In this document: piece after piece, positions 17,725 through 26,483 of the stretch | How the letters are laid out: each line of letters begins with the position of its first letter | Numbering within the stretch: position 1 is the stretch's first letter | IMG/VR virus record: IMGVR_UViG_3300049811_000501 | Span: 1-40,943 of that record | From: a virus | Taxonomy: Duplodnaviria; Caudoviricetes | DNA length: 40,943 nucleotides | Strand: one strand, 5' to 3' | Program-made: the position numbers and the translations under genes | The notes under the pieces: model-generated | The model's input: the letters and a program-made list of their open reading frames with translations, nothing else | The model's database searches: none | What the model was told of the DNA's origin: nothing

Positions 17725-18595
17725 TTTTTGCCTCGTTTAGCTCTAAAACTCTTTGCAGGGCGATCGCTGCAACTTGAGGAACTACGGCGTTTCCGAGTCC
17801 CCTAATTCTGTCCACCCGATTGGGTATCCCATTAGCCACTCGCAAAACTCCGGGTTCAGTTGCCCACGGATTCCATCTCGGATCAACGAACCCGGCACTG
17901 TATCGCGGCTTGCTTGCGACGGTGGAAGGGTTGAATTTTTTGCGTCTTGGGCGGTTGGTGTGGGCATCAACTTCACCCACCTTCCCAAACTCAGGGAGCA
18001 ATTGGCACCGCTCTTGAGATGCCGCCCGAGTCTTCCCGTTGCAGTCTCGGTAAACGTGTCGTCCTTCCCGATGATTGCCCACTGAGTCGCATCGCTTGCT
18101 GTTACGGTAGGCAACAATGAAAACCCTTTCTCGTAAGTGCGGCGCTCCCACACTCGCCGCTGATATAGTTTGCCATTCTGCATCAAACCCGCTTTCGGCC
18201 AACTCCCAAAGTACTGCTCCCATAACTCTCCCGTTTGACTTCCGAAGCATTTCTGCGACGTTTTCCAGTACGAGGTAACGGGGTCGGCACTCGCGAACAA
18301 TCCGCATGAGTTCGTAGAACAATCCTGAGCGTTCACCTTCCAGCCCTCGCCCGTTGGGGTTGGCGCATGAAATGTCCTGACATGGGAAACCCCCTGTGAT
18401 GAGATCGAACTGTCCTCTGGTAGCAGTGAAAGTTGCGATATCTCCATGTATTGGCACTCCTGAAAAATTTTTAGCTAATACTTTTTGGCAATAGGGATCG
18501 ATTTCAACAAATTGCCTTGTTTCAATCCCCCCAACCATTTGAGCAGCGATCGCAAAACCCCCAATGCCGCTAAAAAGATCAAGGTGGTTCATCAT
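17717..18595 (-). CDS. DNA cytosine-5 methyltransferase (alpha chain)
   Basis: DLFSGIGG (I), GGFPCQ (IV), ENV (VI), HLRERVF (VIII), LGNAV (X). Confidence 0.93.
   Translation of the reverse strand: MMNHLDLFSGIGGFAIAAQMVGGIETRQFVEIDPYCQKVLAKNFSGVPIHGDIATFTATRGQFDLITGGFPCQDISCANPNGRGLEGERSGLFYELMRIVRECRPRYLVLENVAEMLRKSNGRVMGAVLWELAESGFDAEWQTISAASVGAPHLRERVFIVAYRNSKRCDSVGNHREGRHVYRDCNGKTRAASQERCQLLPEFGKVGEVDAHTNRPRRKKFNPSTVASKPRYSAGFVDPRWNPWATEPGVLRVANGIPNRVDRIRGLGNAVVPQVAAIALQRVLELNEAKNA
17782..18447 (-). CDS. Nested out-of-frame C5-methyltransferase beta chain (target-recognition region plus motif IX)
   Basis: LPTVTASD, MPTPTAQD, LNPEFCEWLMGYPIGWT; motif IX is absent from the alpha frame. Confidence 0.7.
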   Translation of the reverse strand: MEISQLSLLPEDSSISSQGVSHVRTFHAPTPTGEGWKVNAQDCSTNSCGLFASADPVTSYWKTSQKCFGSQTGELWEQYFGSWPKAGLMQNGKLYQRRVWERRTYEKGFSLLPTVTASDATQWAIIGKDDTFTETATGRLGRHLKSGANCSLSLGRWVKLMPTPTAQDAKNSTLPPSQASRDTVPGSLIRDGIRGQLNPEFCEWLMGYPIGWTELGDSETP

Positions 18596-19361
18596 TCAAC
18601 ACACTCCTTAAATACTCTTTTGCAGCTTCGGTTGTGTCGTAAAAATGTTTCGCAGCCTCGTGACCCAAAAGGATTACCCCAACCAAATGGCTAGGGAATA
18701 GATCAGCGAGTAATTTCCCTTGAGGATGCAAAACTTCTGCCCAGCCTTCAATACAATGAGTTGTTTTACAGGTGTGCCATTTACTCATATCCAAAGCATT
18801 TGGTTCCAAGGCTTTTTTGGCAACTTTTTTAAGCAAATCAGGACATGGTTCAAACTCTTTTGGGAAATCCTTGATCTGGCGTAAATCTACACCACGTAAA
18901 TCTGCACGGTTTAAGTATGCATTCTTCAAATCTGCATTGTTCAAATCTGCATCTGTTAAATTTGCATCCCTTAAGTTTGCTCGACTCAAATCTGCATCCC
19001 TCAAATTTGCATCTGTCAAATTTGCATCCCCTAGGTATGCTCCCTTCAAATCTGCCCCACTTAAGTCTGCACTCCTCATATCTGCACTCCTCATATCTGC
19101 ACTCCTCATATCTGCATCTCCTAGATATGCCCCACTTAAGTCTGCATTCCTCAAGTCTGCTCGACTCAAAACTGCCCCCTTTAAGTCTGCATTCCTCAAG
19201 TCTGCCCCCATCAAGTCTGCATCCCTTAAGTCTGCATACCTCAAGTTTGCCCCGCTCAAATTCATCGCGCTCAAGTATTTATCTCTCAAATCCAAATGGA
19301 TTCCTTTCTCGTGTTGCAAAATCAGTTCATCTAACTGCTGTTGGGTGATTTTAGTTTTCAT
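18579..19361 (-). CDS. Pentapeptide-repeat protein with Cys/His C-terminal domain
   Basis: A(D/N)Lxx repeats; WHTCKTTHCIEGW; low GC. Confidence 0.9.
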   Translation of the reverse strand: MKTKITQQQLDELILQHEKGIHLDLRDKYLSAMNLSGANLRYADLRDADLMGADLRNADLKGAVLSRADLRNADLSGAYLGDADMRSADMRSADMRSADLSGADLKGAYLGDANLTDANLRDADLSRANLRDANLTDADLNNADLKNAYLNRADLRGVDLRQIKDFPKEFEPCPDLLKKVAKKALEPNALDMSKWHTCKTTHCIEGWAEVLHPQGKLLADLFPSHLVGVILLGHEAAKHFYDTTEAAKEYLRSVLNDEPP

Positions 19362-19399
19362 CTAATCCTCTCGGTGGTTATTGATTGTCTTAATTGCTT

Positions 19400-19978
19400 T
19401 TACCAAACCCTTGGCAGCGTAACTGAATTAGGCTGATCTTGATATTTACCCTTTCTATCCTCGTAGGTGACTTCGCATGGTTCACCCTCAAAAAACAGCA
19501 GTTGGACGACCCCTTCGTAGGCATAGATGCGACAATCGGCACTGGAAGAATTAGAGAACTCTAGGGTGAGATGGCCGCGCCAACCCGCTTCGGCGGGAGA
19601 GAGGTTTGCGATTATCCCTGCGCGAGCATAGGTCGATTTACCGATACACAGCACCGTCACGTTGTGCGGCACCTCTAGCCGCTCTAGGGCTACACCCAAT
19701 CCGTAGGAGTGGGCAGGTAAGACAAAAAATTGGCCCCATTTGTCATGTTGCAATTGCACTGCTTCTAGGTTGGCTGGATTGAAGTTCTTGGGGTTAATGA
19801 CGGTGCCGGGAATATGACGAAAGACCCGAAAGTCTTGGGGGCTGAGTCGAATGTCATAGCCGTAGGACGATAGGCCATAGCTGATGACAGGTTTGCCCTG
19901 GTAGACCCGCGTGGATTGGGCAATGAGGGGGTCGATCATACCCTGTTGCGATTTGATCCAGTTGTCGTTTTTAATCAT
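19400..19978 (-). CDS. dcd: dCTP deaminase
   Basis: ISYGLSSYGYDIRL, GKSTYARAG, PAEAGWRGHLTLE, YEDRKGKYQDQ; cyanobacterial type. Confidence 0.93.
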   Translation of the reverse strand: MIKNDNWIKSQQGMIDPLIAQSTRVYQGKPVISYGLSSYGYDIRLSPQDFRVFRHIPGTVINPKNFNPANLEAVQLQHDKWGQFFVLPAHSYGLGVALERLEVPHNVTVLCIGKSTYARAGIIANLSPAEAGWRGHLTLEFSNSSSADCRIYAYEGVVQLLFFEGEPCEVTYEDRKGKYQDQPNSVTLPRVW

Positions 19979-20044
19979 TGGTCGCGCCTTGTTTAACAAC
20001 AATTTCAGGGAATAGTTTTGTGTTTAGTTTGGATAGGTTGTCCA

Positions 20045-20332
20045 TTACTCCTCCACTTGGGCAAGCTCGATCTGTTTAATAGCCTTAGCTACCAACACTT
20101 GAGCATCAGCCACAGTCTGTTTAGTGGCAGGGGAATAGGCAAATGTCGCCTTATTCAACAGCTTGATTGCGCTGGCCAGATGGAATACCACATCAACCCA
20201 CGCAAGGCCATTTTTGGCGGCATCCTGTAGTTCAGTTATCAGGTTAGACTGAACGACCTGTATTGAGAAAATCGCCTGCTCCGAATCGGCATTGGATAGG
20301 AGGTCGCTGAGGGTAGAAATAGAGTCAGACAT
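20045..20332 (-). CDS. Hypothetical helical protein (95 aa)
   Basis: Packed in the operon directly after the nblA-like gene. Confidence 0.65.
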   Translation of the reverse strand: MSDSISTLSDLLSNADSEQAIFSIQVVQSNLITELQDAAKNGLAWVDVVFHLASAIKLLNKATFAYSPATKQTVADAQVLVAKAIKQIELAQVEE

Positions 20333-20333
20333 T

Positions 20334-20513
20334 TTACATTCCTTTCTTGAGAACTTGGTGAATGAGAGAGTTGATCACCTGTTGTCGAATTTCTAACAGT
20401 TGAATGGACTGCTCTAAGAGGCATTCCAGTTGCTCACGAGACATGGTTTTGATCGAGTTGGTCATCAGTTTGACGGCAAACTGTTTCTCAGGTGGCAGGT
20501 CAAAATTGATCAC
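20334..20513 (-). CDS. nblA: NblA-like phycobilisome degradation adaptor (59 aa, not in the ORF track)
   Basis: GTG start; MINFDLPPEKQFAVKLMTNSIKTMSREQLECLLEQSIQLLEIRQQVINSLIHQVLKKGM fits the NblA pattern L..E.QF...MS.EQ...L....R...L. Confidence 0.75.
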   Translation of the reverse strand: MINFDLPPEKQFAVKLMTNSIKTMSREQLECLLEQSIQLLEIRQQVINSLIHQVLKKGM

Positions 20514-20563
20514 GACAGGCCACTAGAACGACATACCGAAAGGGTTGAAAATGAAGAGACGCA

Positions 20564-20854
20564 TTAGGGCATCCCCACATGATGCTGAACCCGCAGGGAG
20601 TGAATCCGGCGATCGCCCACGAATACCTCAATCGTCCAAATCGATGGGGTGTAGAGCGTCAGTGCTGCCAGTTCCCCAGGTTTTTGCAGGAGCATATTTG
20701 CAACCGCTAGTGATGGGGCTACCACCGTCAGGTGGCGACGATGGCTCAGATGGTAGTTGCAGAGTTTGGCCGCCAGTACAAACTGGCCATTGTTGAGACG
20801 GTCGATCGCCTGCCAAATGTTGAAGGCGATTTCTAGGGGCAATTGATCAAGCAT
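20564..20854 (-). CDS. Hypothetical protein
   Basis: Likely start at ATG 20854 (MLDQLPLE), just after the upstream stop, with GGAG SD. Confidence 0.6.
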   Translation of the reverse strand: MLDQLPLEIAFNIWQAIDRLNNGQFVLAAKLCNYHLSHRRHLTVVAPSLAVANMLLQKPGELAALTLYTPSIWTIEVFVGDRRIHSLRVQHHVGMP

Positions 20855-20856
20855 CG

Positions 20857-21240
20857 CTATTTCTCCAAATTGAGTAACAAACCTTGAACACCACAGCCAC
20901 CCAGTAGTTGGGGTGACAGCCAGATTGTTTCGTCGCCATGCCGCTGGGTTTGCCAACCTGCGAATAGTTGGTTGTACAGCGGTGAGGCATAGCCGCTGAC
21001 GATCGCCTGATGGCCAGTGAGCAGGTGAGCCAGACGGCGATGATCCGCGTCTGTCCAGTCGTAGGCATACTGGCGACGGGGTGCGCCCATGACGTGGCGG
21101 CGATCGCGGGATTTACGCGTCGATTGCACATAGGGCGGGTCGCAATACAGCACCCAGTCACGGCGATCGCCCCTAGGGAGATGGGGCACAATCCAGTGGC
21201 GGTAGCTACCTTTGTGGCCAAAATAGGGGGCGATGATCAT
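20857..21240 (-). pseudogene. Internally deleted Dam-like adenine methyltransferase (ORF still open)
   Basis: PYFGHKG...WIVPHLP joined almost directly to VLYCDPPY...SGY..PLY; no FxGxG motif and no target-recognition domain. Confidence 0.7.
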
Positions 21241-21464
21241 TTGAGCATCTCCCTACAGACGGCATCAACATTGATAGAGGCAATACCGCGACTAGACCGC
21301 AGGTAGTGAACCCCATGCCGCCAACGGAATGGCACATTAGCCTCGATTTTCTGAGTCAGCGTGGTTTTACTCCAGCCACGGGTTCCGAGCCGTTCTCGGA
21401 GGTGCTGGCCAGCAATGCGAATCGGTAGCCAGCGATCGTTCATTGTCGTTTTCATGTTTTCCAC
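21237..21464 (-). CDS. Small basic DNA-binding protein, excisionase-like
   Basis: WLPIRIAGQHL...WRHGVHY...INVDAV, winged-helix Xis-like pattern. Confidence 0.5.
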   Translation of the reverse strand: MENMKTTMNDRWLPIRIAGQHLRERLGTRGWSKTTLTQKIEANVPFRWRHGVHYLRSSRGIASINVDAVCREMLK

Positions 21465-21470
21465 AGGACA

Positions 21471-21896
21471 CTACGGGACGTTAAAAGAGGTGCTAATCAA
21501 CCGCCTGATGTCATCGGCGGCTTTTTGTTGGTTGCGTTGGTTCTCTGCCCAAGCACGGCAGTCCTCTCGCCAGCGGCGTTTCCCCTCTTGGTGGATCGCC
21601 TCACAAGCATCAGGGGTCAGGTCATTGAGCGATCGCTGCATCACCTCTGAGGACAGCGACTGAAATTTCTGGAGGCTGTCATTCCACACGCCATTGCAAT
21701 CTCGTCGGAGGCAGATACGGGGTAGGTCGGGCTGGATGTTTCGCCCTTGGTTTTCCGGTAGGGCGGCTAGTTCCTCTAGCCAGCCGAAAAACACATAGCC
21801 TCGATTTTTGCAACAGAAACACTGGTGCTCAGGGAACGGCACTCGCTCTGTGATGACCTGCCGTGGCTGCGCAGGGATGGCAATTCTAGGCAGCAT
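21471..21896 (-). CDS. Zinc-binding replication-associated protein
   Basis: CFCCKNRG...CLRRDC; directly downstream of the initiator gene. Confidence 0.55.
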   Translation of the reverse strand: MLPRIAIPAQPRQVITERVPFPEHQCFCCKNRGYVFFGWLEELAALPENQGRNIQPDLPRICLRRDCNGVWNDSLQKFQSLSSEVMQRSLNDLTPDACEAIHQEGKRRWREDCRAWAENQRNQQKAADDIRRLISTSFNVP

Positions 21897-22953
21897 TGAA
21901 GTACCCCGCCTGAATCAGGAACGACCGGTACTCAAAGCTGTATTTCCTGTCAAACTCAATGATGTTGATGTGATCCAGTTCTCTGACCCTGGCGCGGTGA
22001 ACTGAGTCAGGTATGGACTCAAACGCGCTGGCTTGAGGGTGAGGGGTGTTGGCTTGGGTCTGGAGTTTATACAGGTTCCAGTACTGTTTCAGGGTGGCTA
22101 GGTTGGTCGCGAGTTCCTGCTTGGAGATGCCCACCCTAGCCGTCTGGAGCCGCAGGATAGACACGATCGCATCAGCCGTGGTGCAATCCCTGTTTTTATA
22201 GGCAGGGGTCGCTTGCAGGGCTTTACGGCGAAATTCGACAAAGCCGGGGTCGATGTCATCCCACGCCCCACCGGGGATTTGCCACGGGTGACGGCTGAAC
22301 TGTTGCTCAAAGCGGTCTATGGGATGGGTAATATTCTCTGGAGGAATTTTGGCAGGGGACGCTTCACAGGGTTCAACCTTGACGATGGGGAGATCGCTGA
22401 GGTCATCCTCTTGGGGTTCAAATTCAAAATCATCCTCAGAAAAAAAAGAAGTTTCGCTTCTTAGATCTTCTTTTTTATTTTCTATATTAATATCTAATAT
22501 AGATCTGCAATCCTCGAAAGCCGCACTGTGAGCGGGTTTTGGGTGGTCAAAATTGCAATTCTGCAACCGAGTCGCCGGTTGTGCAACCAACGGTTGTGAA
22601 TCTGCAAGTGGTGGTTGTGATTCTGAAAGCAGTGGTTGCGATTCTGAAATAACATTCTGCACCTTGCAATTCTGGGTTTCACAATGAAACCCAAATTCCG
22701 AGTAACGTTTTTGGGTTACGACCACCTCAGCCAGGCCGCATAAAAGATCTTTGTTTTTGAGTTTTTGGAGGGCACGGCTAACTGATGACTCAGAAATGTT
22801 TAGAGCAGCAGCAATGTCTTTCTGCTGCGATTTGATGACTCGATTGCCAAATGGGTTTAGCGACCTCAGATACAGATAGACGGCTAGGGTTGTGCCCGAT
22901 AGCCTGGCTTGGGCTATTTGAGACACCAGCGCTGATGTGACGGCAATAAACAT
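21886..22953 (-). CDS. Replication initiator (N-terminal HTH, lambda-O-like layout)
   Basis: LAVYLYL...SQQKDIAAALNISESSVSRALQKL; internal repeats and AT-rich tract. Confidence 0.7.
   Translation of the reverse strand: MFIAVTSALVSQIAQARLSGTTLAVYLYLRSLNPFGNRVIKSQQKDIAAALNISESSVSRALQKLKNKDLLCGLAEVVVTQKRYSEFGFHCETQNCKVQNVISESQPLLSESQPPLADSQPLVAQPATRLQNCNFDHPKPAHSAAFEDCRSILDINIENKKEDLRSETSFFSEDDFEFEPQEDDLSDLPIVKVEPCEASPAKIPPENITHPIDRFEQQFSRHPWQIPGGAWDDIDPGFVEFRRKALQATPAYKNRDCTTADAIVSILRLQTARVGISKQELATNLATLKQYWNLYKLQTQANTPHPQASAFESIPDSVHRARVRELDHINIIEFDRKYSFEYRSFLIQAGYFNAA
22440..22675. promoter_or_regulatory. Probable replication origin (iterons plus AT-rich tract)
   Basis: GGTTGYGAWTCTG at 22592, 22613 and 22634 (21-bp period); TTGCAATTCTG twice; AT-rich stretch at 22440-22505. 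Confidence 0.6.
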
Positions 22954-23649
22954 CTAAAATTCCTCCTCTGCCTCTGTGAGGGTTTGCAGTAGTTCTGTAT
23001 CCGCAGCAGCGGCACAGAGTTTGTCATAAACGTCGGTGGTAATCGCCTTGAATGAGTCAAAACCAAATTTTTCAACCAGCGCCCGCATGGTTTCCTCGTT
23101 GTGCCCTGACTCTTTAGCGATCGCCCACAGTCGTTTTTGCTGATAGAGGGTGATCGTGTGCACCCGTTCGGCGGCTTGGGGGATGCTCTCAATCTCTGTT
23201 TCATCCAACATCCCTAAACCGCAGATACTCAACGTCACGCGGCGCTTGGCCTTGGTGATGGCCTTCATGATGGCGTTCGCTTTGGCCTCGCCCTGCAACT
23301 GCCCTAAAGGGACAACTCCAACGTCGCTATCCTCACGACCGTTGAGATGACTACGGGCAGTTACTGAAACGATTACCAACCCCTCAGAGAACTGAATCTC
23401 CGGCCTGGAGATGGAAATCGAGTACACCTGCCGTAGCTGGTCGGTTGCCCCCTTCAGGGCATAGAGAACAAGCTTGCCGTTTAGCTTGATGTACTCGAAT
23501 GGTTTTGTCAGGGGATTCAGCCCCACCGATTCGCATACGCGAGCGTAGTACTGAATCCGGTCTGTCTCGGAGAGGACAGATAAATCCCCCTGGATCAGAA
23601 CCTTTTCAAATTTCCCCAACTCAGCTGGGGTTGTGGCTAACGAGTTCAT
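22954..23649 (-). CDS. Single-strand annealing recombinase (RecT/Bet-like)
   Basis: CESVGLNPLTKPFEYI, NAIMKAITKAKRRVTLSICGLGMLDETE. Confidence 0.7.
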   Translation of the reverse strand: MNSLATTPAELGKFEKVLIQGDLSVLSETDRIQYYARVCESVGLNPLTKPFEYIKLNGKLVLYALKGATDQLRQVYSISISRPEIQFSEGLVIVSVTARSHLNGREDSDVGVVPLGQLQGEAKANAIMKAITKAKRRVTLSICGLGMLDETEIESIPQAAERVHTITLYQQKRLWAIAKESGHNEETMRALVEKFGFDSFKAITTDVYDKLCAAAADTELLQTLTEAEEEF

Positions 23650-23886
23650 TTAGTCCTCCATGCAAACGTCGTAGTACTCGCACCAGTCCTCTAGCTCAGA
23701 GCTAGAGGATTTAGCCCATTGCCGAATCTCAACCCCCAGACTGGGGCGATCGGCGATCGGAAATCGCTCAAGAATCTGCCTGACGTACACATCCCCGTCG
23801 GGTGAATTTGAACTGATGGCATCAATGTGTTGTGGGGTGAGGGCACCCGCACTTTTTAATTGGGTTAACCGTTCTCTGATGTCCAT
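23650..23886 (-). CDS. Hypothetical protein, first gene of the replication operon
   Basis: ATG 23886 lies just downstream of a sigma70-type promoter. Confidence 0.6.
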   Translation of the reverse strand: MDIRERLTQLKSAGALTPQHIDAISSNSPDGDVYVRQILERFPIADRPSLGVEIRQWAKSSSSELEDWCEYYDVCMED

Positions 23887-23895
23887 TGAATCTAG

Positions 23896-23940
23896 TTTAC
23901 GCATACGGAAACTATAAACTGATCTTACCGCATGCGTCAA
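23896..23940 (-). promoter_or_regulatory. Promoter with two 16-bp palindromic operators
   Basis: TTGACG-18 bp-TATAGT; tttaCGCATACGgaaa (23896-23911) and ttacCGCATGCGtcaa (23925-23940). Confidence 0.7.
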
Positions 23941-24298
23941 GTTGTCGAAATACGTTAGAAGGCCACGCTTTTAGGAACTCACGACTAGAACCAATTGGGG
24001 CAAATTTCACTAACGGATTGTTTGGGTTTTTTAGTTCACTTAATTTTTGGTTGCCAGAGATGTATTCAATTGCCTCGTCCGTTAGCTCTAGTGGGTTGAT
24101 GTATTTGCGCCGTATGGCGATAAACTCCAATACCTCACCAGGGCTGAGTTTAAGCGCCAGAGCGATTCTTCTGATGTTTCCCTCTCTCAGCATCCGTCGA
24201 TGGTGGATGTACTGCGACCATGTTGACATCGATATTCCTGTTATTTTCGCTAGCTGACTATTTTTTAGTGTCAGACATAGTGCTAGGTGTAGTCTCAT
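23912..24298 (-). CDS. XRE-family HTH repressor
   Basis: NSQLAKITGISMSTWSQYIHHRR...NIRRIALAL. Confidence 0.75.
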   Translation of the reverse strand: MRLHLALCLTLKNSQLAKITGISMSTWSQYIHHRRMLREGNIRRIALALKLSPGEVLEFIAIRRKYINPLELTDEAIEYISGNQKLSELKNPNNPLVKFAPIGSSREFLKAWPSNVFRQLDACGKISL

Positions 24299-24299
24299 G

Positions 24300-24370
24300 T
24301 TCCCGTATACGGTAATTACATCAATATTGTAGTGTTTTCTTGAGTTAAACGGAATTTGCGAATGCGTAAA
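24300..24370 (-). promoter_or_regulatory. Repressor promoter region with two more operators
   Basis: ttccCGTATACGgtaa (24300-24315) and tttgCGAATGCGtaaa (24355-24370); TACAAT -10 box between them. Confidence 0.65.
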
Positions 24371-24522
24371 ATCTCGTTAGCCCTGGCATGGGTGTATCAG
24401 CGTTACCTCAGTAACTGCCCATCGCGGGATAGAATTTTGCGGACTGAAGCGATCGCTCGTTCTAGGCGTGTTGGTATATGGGCAGGTGGCCACATCCCCC
24501 CGTGGGAGTGGCGTTAAGAACG

Positions 24523-26049
24523 TTACCAGTCAGCAATCAAACGACGACGGCGTGGTTTACCTGGGGGTGGCACAAATCGCGGCACAGCCAAACCTGCGAG
24601 GGCATAGGTTAGGGCATCCCCACTATCCGGAGATCGCCCCAAGCGTTTTTTAATATCGAGCTTGCTTTCAACTTGTATGCGCCAACCAGATAGCGACCAG
24701 CGCGCCACTGTCAGATCAGCCGCTAGCATCGGATCAGGTGGCAGGGAGATGGGATTGGGAGACTCTGGATCGAGAGCCTCTCTCACTGCCCACCACAACT
24801 CAGCCCGTTTGTTGCTAAACCCAATTTTTCCACTGCACTCTGTGGCAGTGCTAGCCTCACCGCCATTGAGTGGTAAGCAGGGAATGTCCAATTGGGTTAG
24901 AGCATCGAGGGGAGACGACCCAACCCCCACCACATCCACCGCCACCAGCGGCTCATCAGCTAAATAGGGTTGAATCATCTGCACCACTTCAGCCCCCGTG
25001 GGGGTGGACTTACCAGGGGCGCGGTTCAGTTGCCCCACTGTGCCATCACAATGAATCGGGCAGATTGTTGTCAGGTTTTTACCCCCACGGGCAACGTCAA
25101 CGCCCAGAGCAGAGATCGGGTGGGAACTTGGCTGCCAGCGTTGTTGCGCCAACTCCACCCACTCGTTGGGGATGATCTGAAATTCGTCATCTTCTAGGTT
25201 CACCACCCGCCCATAGAGCAGTTGCGATCGCAGAGGCTCTGGCAGGTTATACAGTTTGGCTCGATACTCTGGTGTGTCAAGAGCAGGGTTATCGGACAGT
25301 CCTGCTCGAATAAACGTGGTAGACCGTGGAGATAGTACCATGCCCGCCACCTCAACCAGATCAGGGCGATCGTACTGCTGACCAGCAATCGTATAAATTA
25401 GTTGGCCATCCTCATACTGCTGTTCAACCCACCACGAACCAAACCAATCCACCACCCACCATGCCTCCCGGCTAGTGGGCGGGTTAAACGTCAGAACCGT
25501 TTGGCATAGCTGCTGTGGATCGGGCGATCGCACCCACGCCTGTAGATACTCAACGGTTTCAGCCCCCCCTGGAATTTCGGTTGCTTCATCAATACCCAGA
25601 AAATCGTGTTCACGACCTCTATAGTTTTCCCGATCGTCTAGGTGGTGTAGATAACCAAACTCAATGATTTTGCCATCAGGGAACGTCCAAACCCGATCCG
25701 CCCCGTTATAGTCACCGATACCTGAGAACAGTTGCTTAGAGCGTTGGATAATCTCTCTGAGGTTTGTGTACGTTTTTCGGAGGATGAGGCTCTTTTTGTG
25801 CCGTAGATAGGCCATGAACAATAGAGCCGTGGATTTACTCCCCCCCGCCGAACCCCCAAATCCAATCATCTGAGCAGGGCAGTCTAGGAGTTTTTGTTGA
25901 ATCGGCCACGGTTGCAGTGGTAGGGGTGGCAACGTTTTAGTCACACGGCGACGGGGTGGCATCTGTGGTACGTATCGCCCATAGCTATTGATCAGCCCAT
26001 AGGGGTCAAACCCACTCCGTTGGCGGCGACGGTGTTTAGTCGTCATCAA
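24523..26049 (-). CDS. terL: Terminase large subunit
   Basis: GGSAGGSKST (Walker A), GIDEATE (Walker B), TFNPP, LGVDVARGG, SPDSGDAL. Confidence 0.92.
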   Translation of the reverse strand: MMTTKHRRRQRSGFDPYGLINSYGRYVPQMPPRRRVTKTLPPLPLQPWPIQQKLLDCPAQMIGFGGSAGGSKSTALLFMAYLRHKKSLILRKTYTNLREIIQRSKQLFSGIGDYNGADRVWTFPDGKIIEFGYLHHLDDRENYRGREHDFLGIDEATEIPGGAETVEYLQAWVRSPDPQQLCQTVLTFNPPTSREAWWVVDWFGSWWVEQQYEDGQLIYTIAGQQYDRPDLVEVAGMVLSPRSTTFIRAGLSDNPALDTPEYRAKLYNLPEPLRSQLLYGRVVNLEDDEFQIIPNEWVELAQQRWQPSSHPISALGVDVARGGKNLTTICPIHCDGTVGQLNRAPGKSTPTGAEVVQMIQPYLADEPLVAVDVVGVGSSPLDALTQLDIPCLPLNGGEASTATECSGKIGFSNKRAELWWAVREALDPESPNPISLPPDPMLAADLTVARWSLSGWRIQVESKLDIKKRLGRSPDSGDALTYALAGLAVPRFVPPPGKPRRRRLIADW

Positions 26050-26431
26050 ACAAACTCAGTTGATGCTCAACCGAAAAATGAAGCTCCAAGCCTTTGTCGG
26101 CGATCGCCACTTCACCAAAAATCCGCACCCCATTGAGGAACGCATTGAGGATTGATACATCATCAGTGCTGTGTGCCTGCCGTGCCCGCTCCACCGCTAG
26201 GCGACTAAAGTGAATGAACGCCTCCCTAGCAGACTCAGACCACATCTGAACCAAAATTCTTTTTTTTAGGCTCACCGCATCAGAGATTGATTCATCCTCA
26301 TTGGCCATAGATCGCCAGCGTCGTAACGTTCGAGGGGTGATGTTTCGTCGCCGGCAAACTACCTCATCAGACTCAAACTCTGACTCTGCCAACGCAGCAG
26401 CGATAATTTCAGGTCGAATTCTACGGCTCAT
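26036..26431 (-). CDS. Terminase small subunit (putative)
   Basis: N-terminal HTH (ITPRTLRRWR); overlaps the terL start. Confidence 0.7.
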   Translation of the reverse strand: MSRRIRPEIIAAALAESEFESDEVVCRRRNITPRTLRRWRSMANEDESISDAVSLKKRILVQMWSESAREAFIHFSRLAVERARQAHSTDDVSILNAFLNGVRIFGEVAIADKGLELHFSVEHQLSLFDDD

Positions 26432-26483
26432 ATTCAGATAAACACTATTTCCTTTAGTGTGCCCAAAATAGAAAAAATAAGCC

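Noticed and set aside
18772-19365. Plus-strand ORFs of 197 and 143 aa
   Set aside because: Shadows of the pentapeptide repeat gene on the opposite strand
20514-20564. Stop-codon readthrough extending nblA upstream through an in-frame TAG
   Set aside because: TAG is a normal stop in many genes here and the 59-aa product is already NblA-sized
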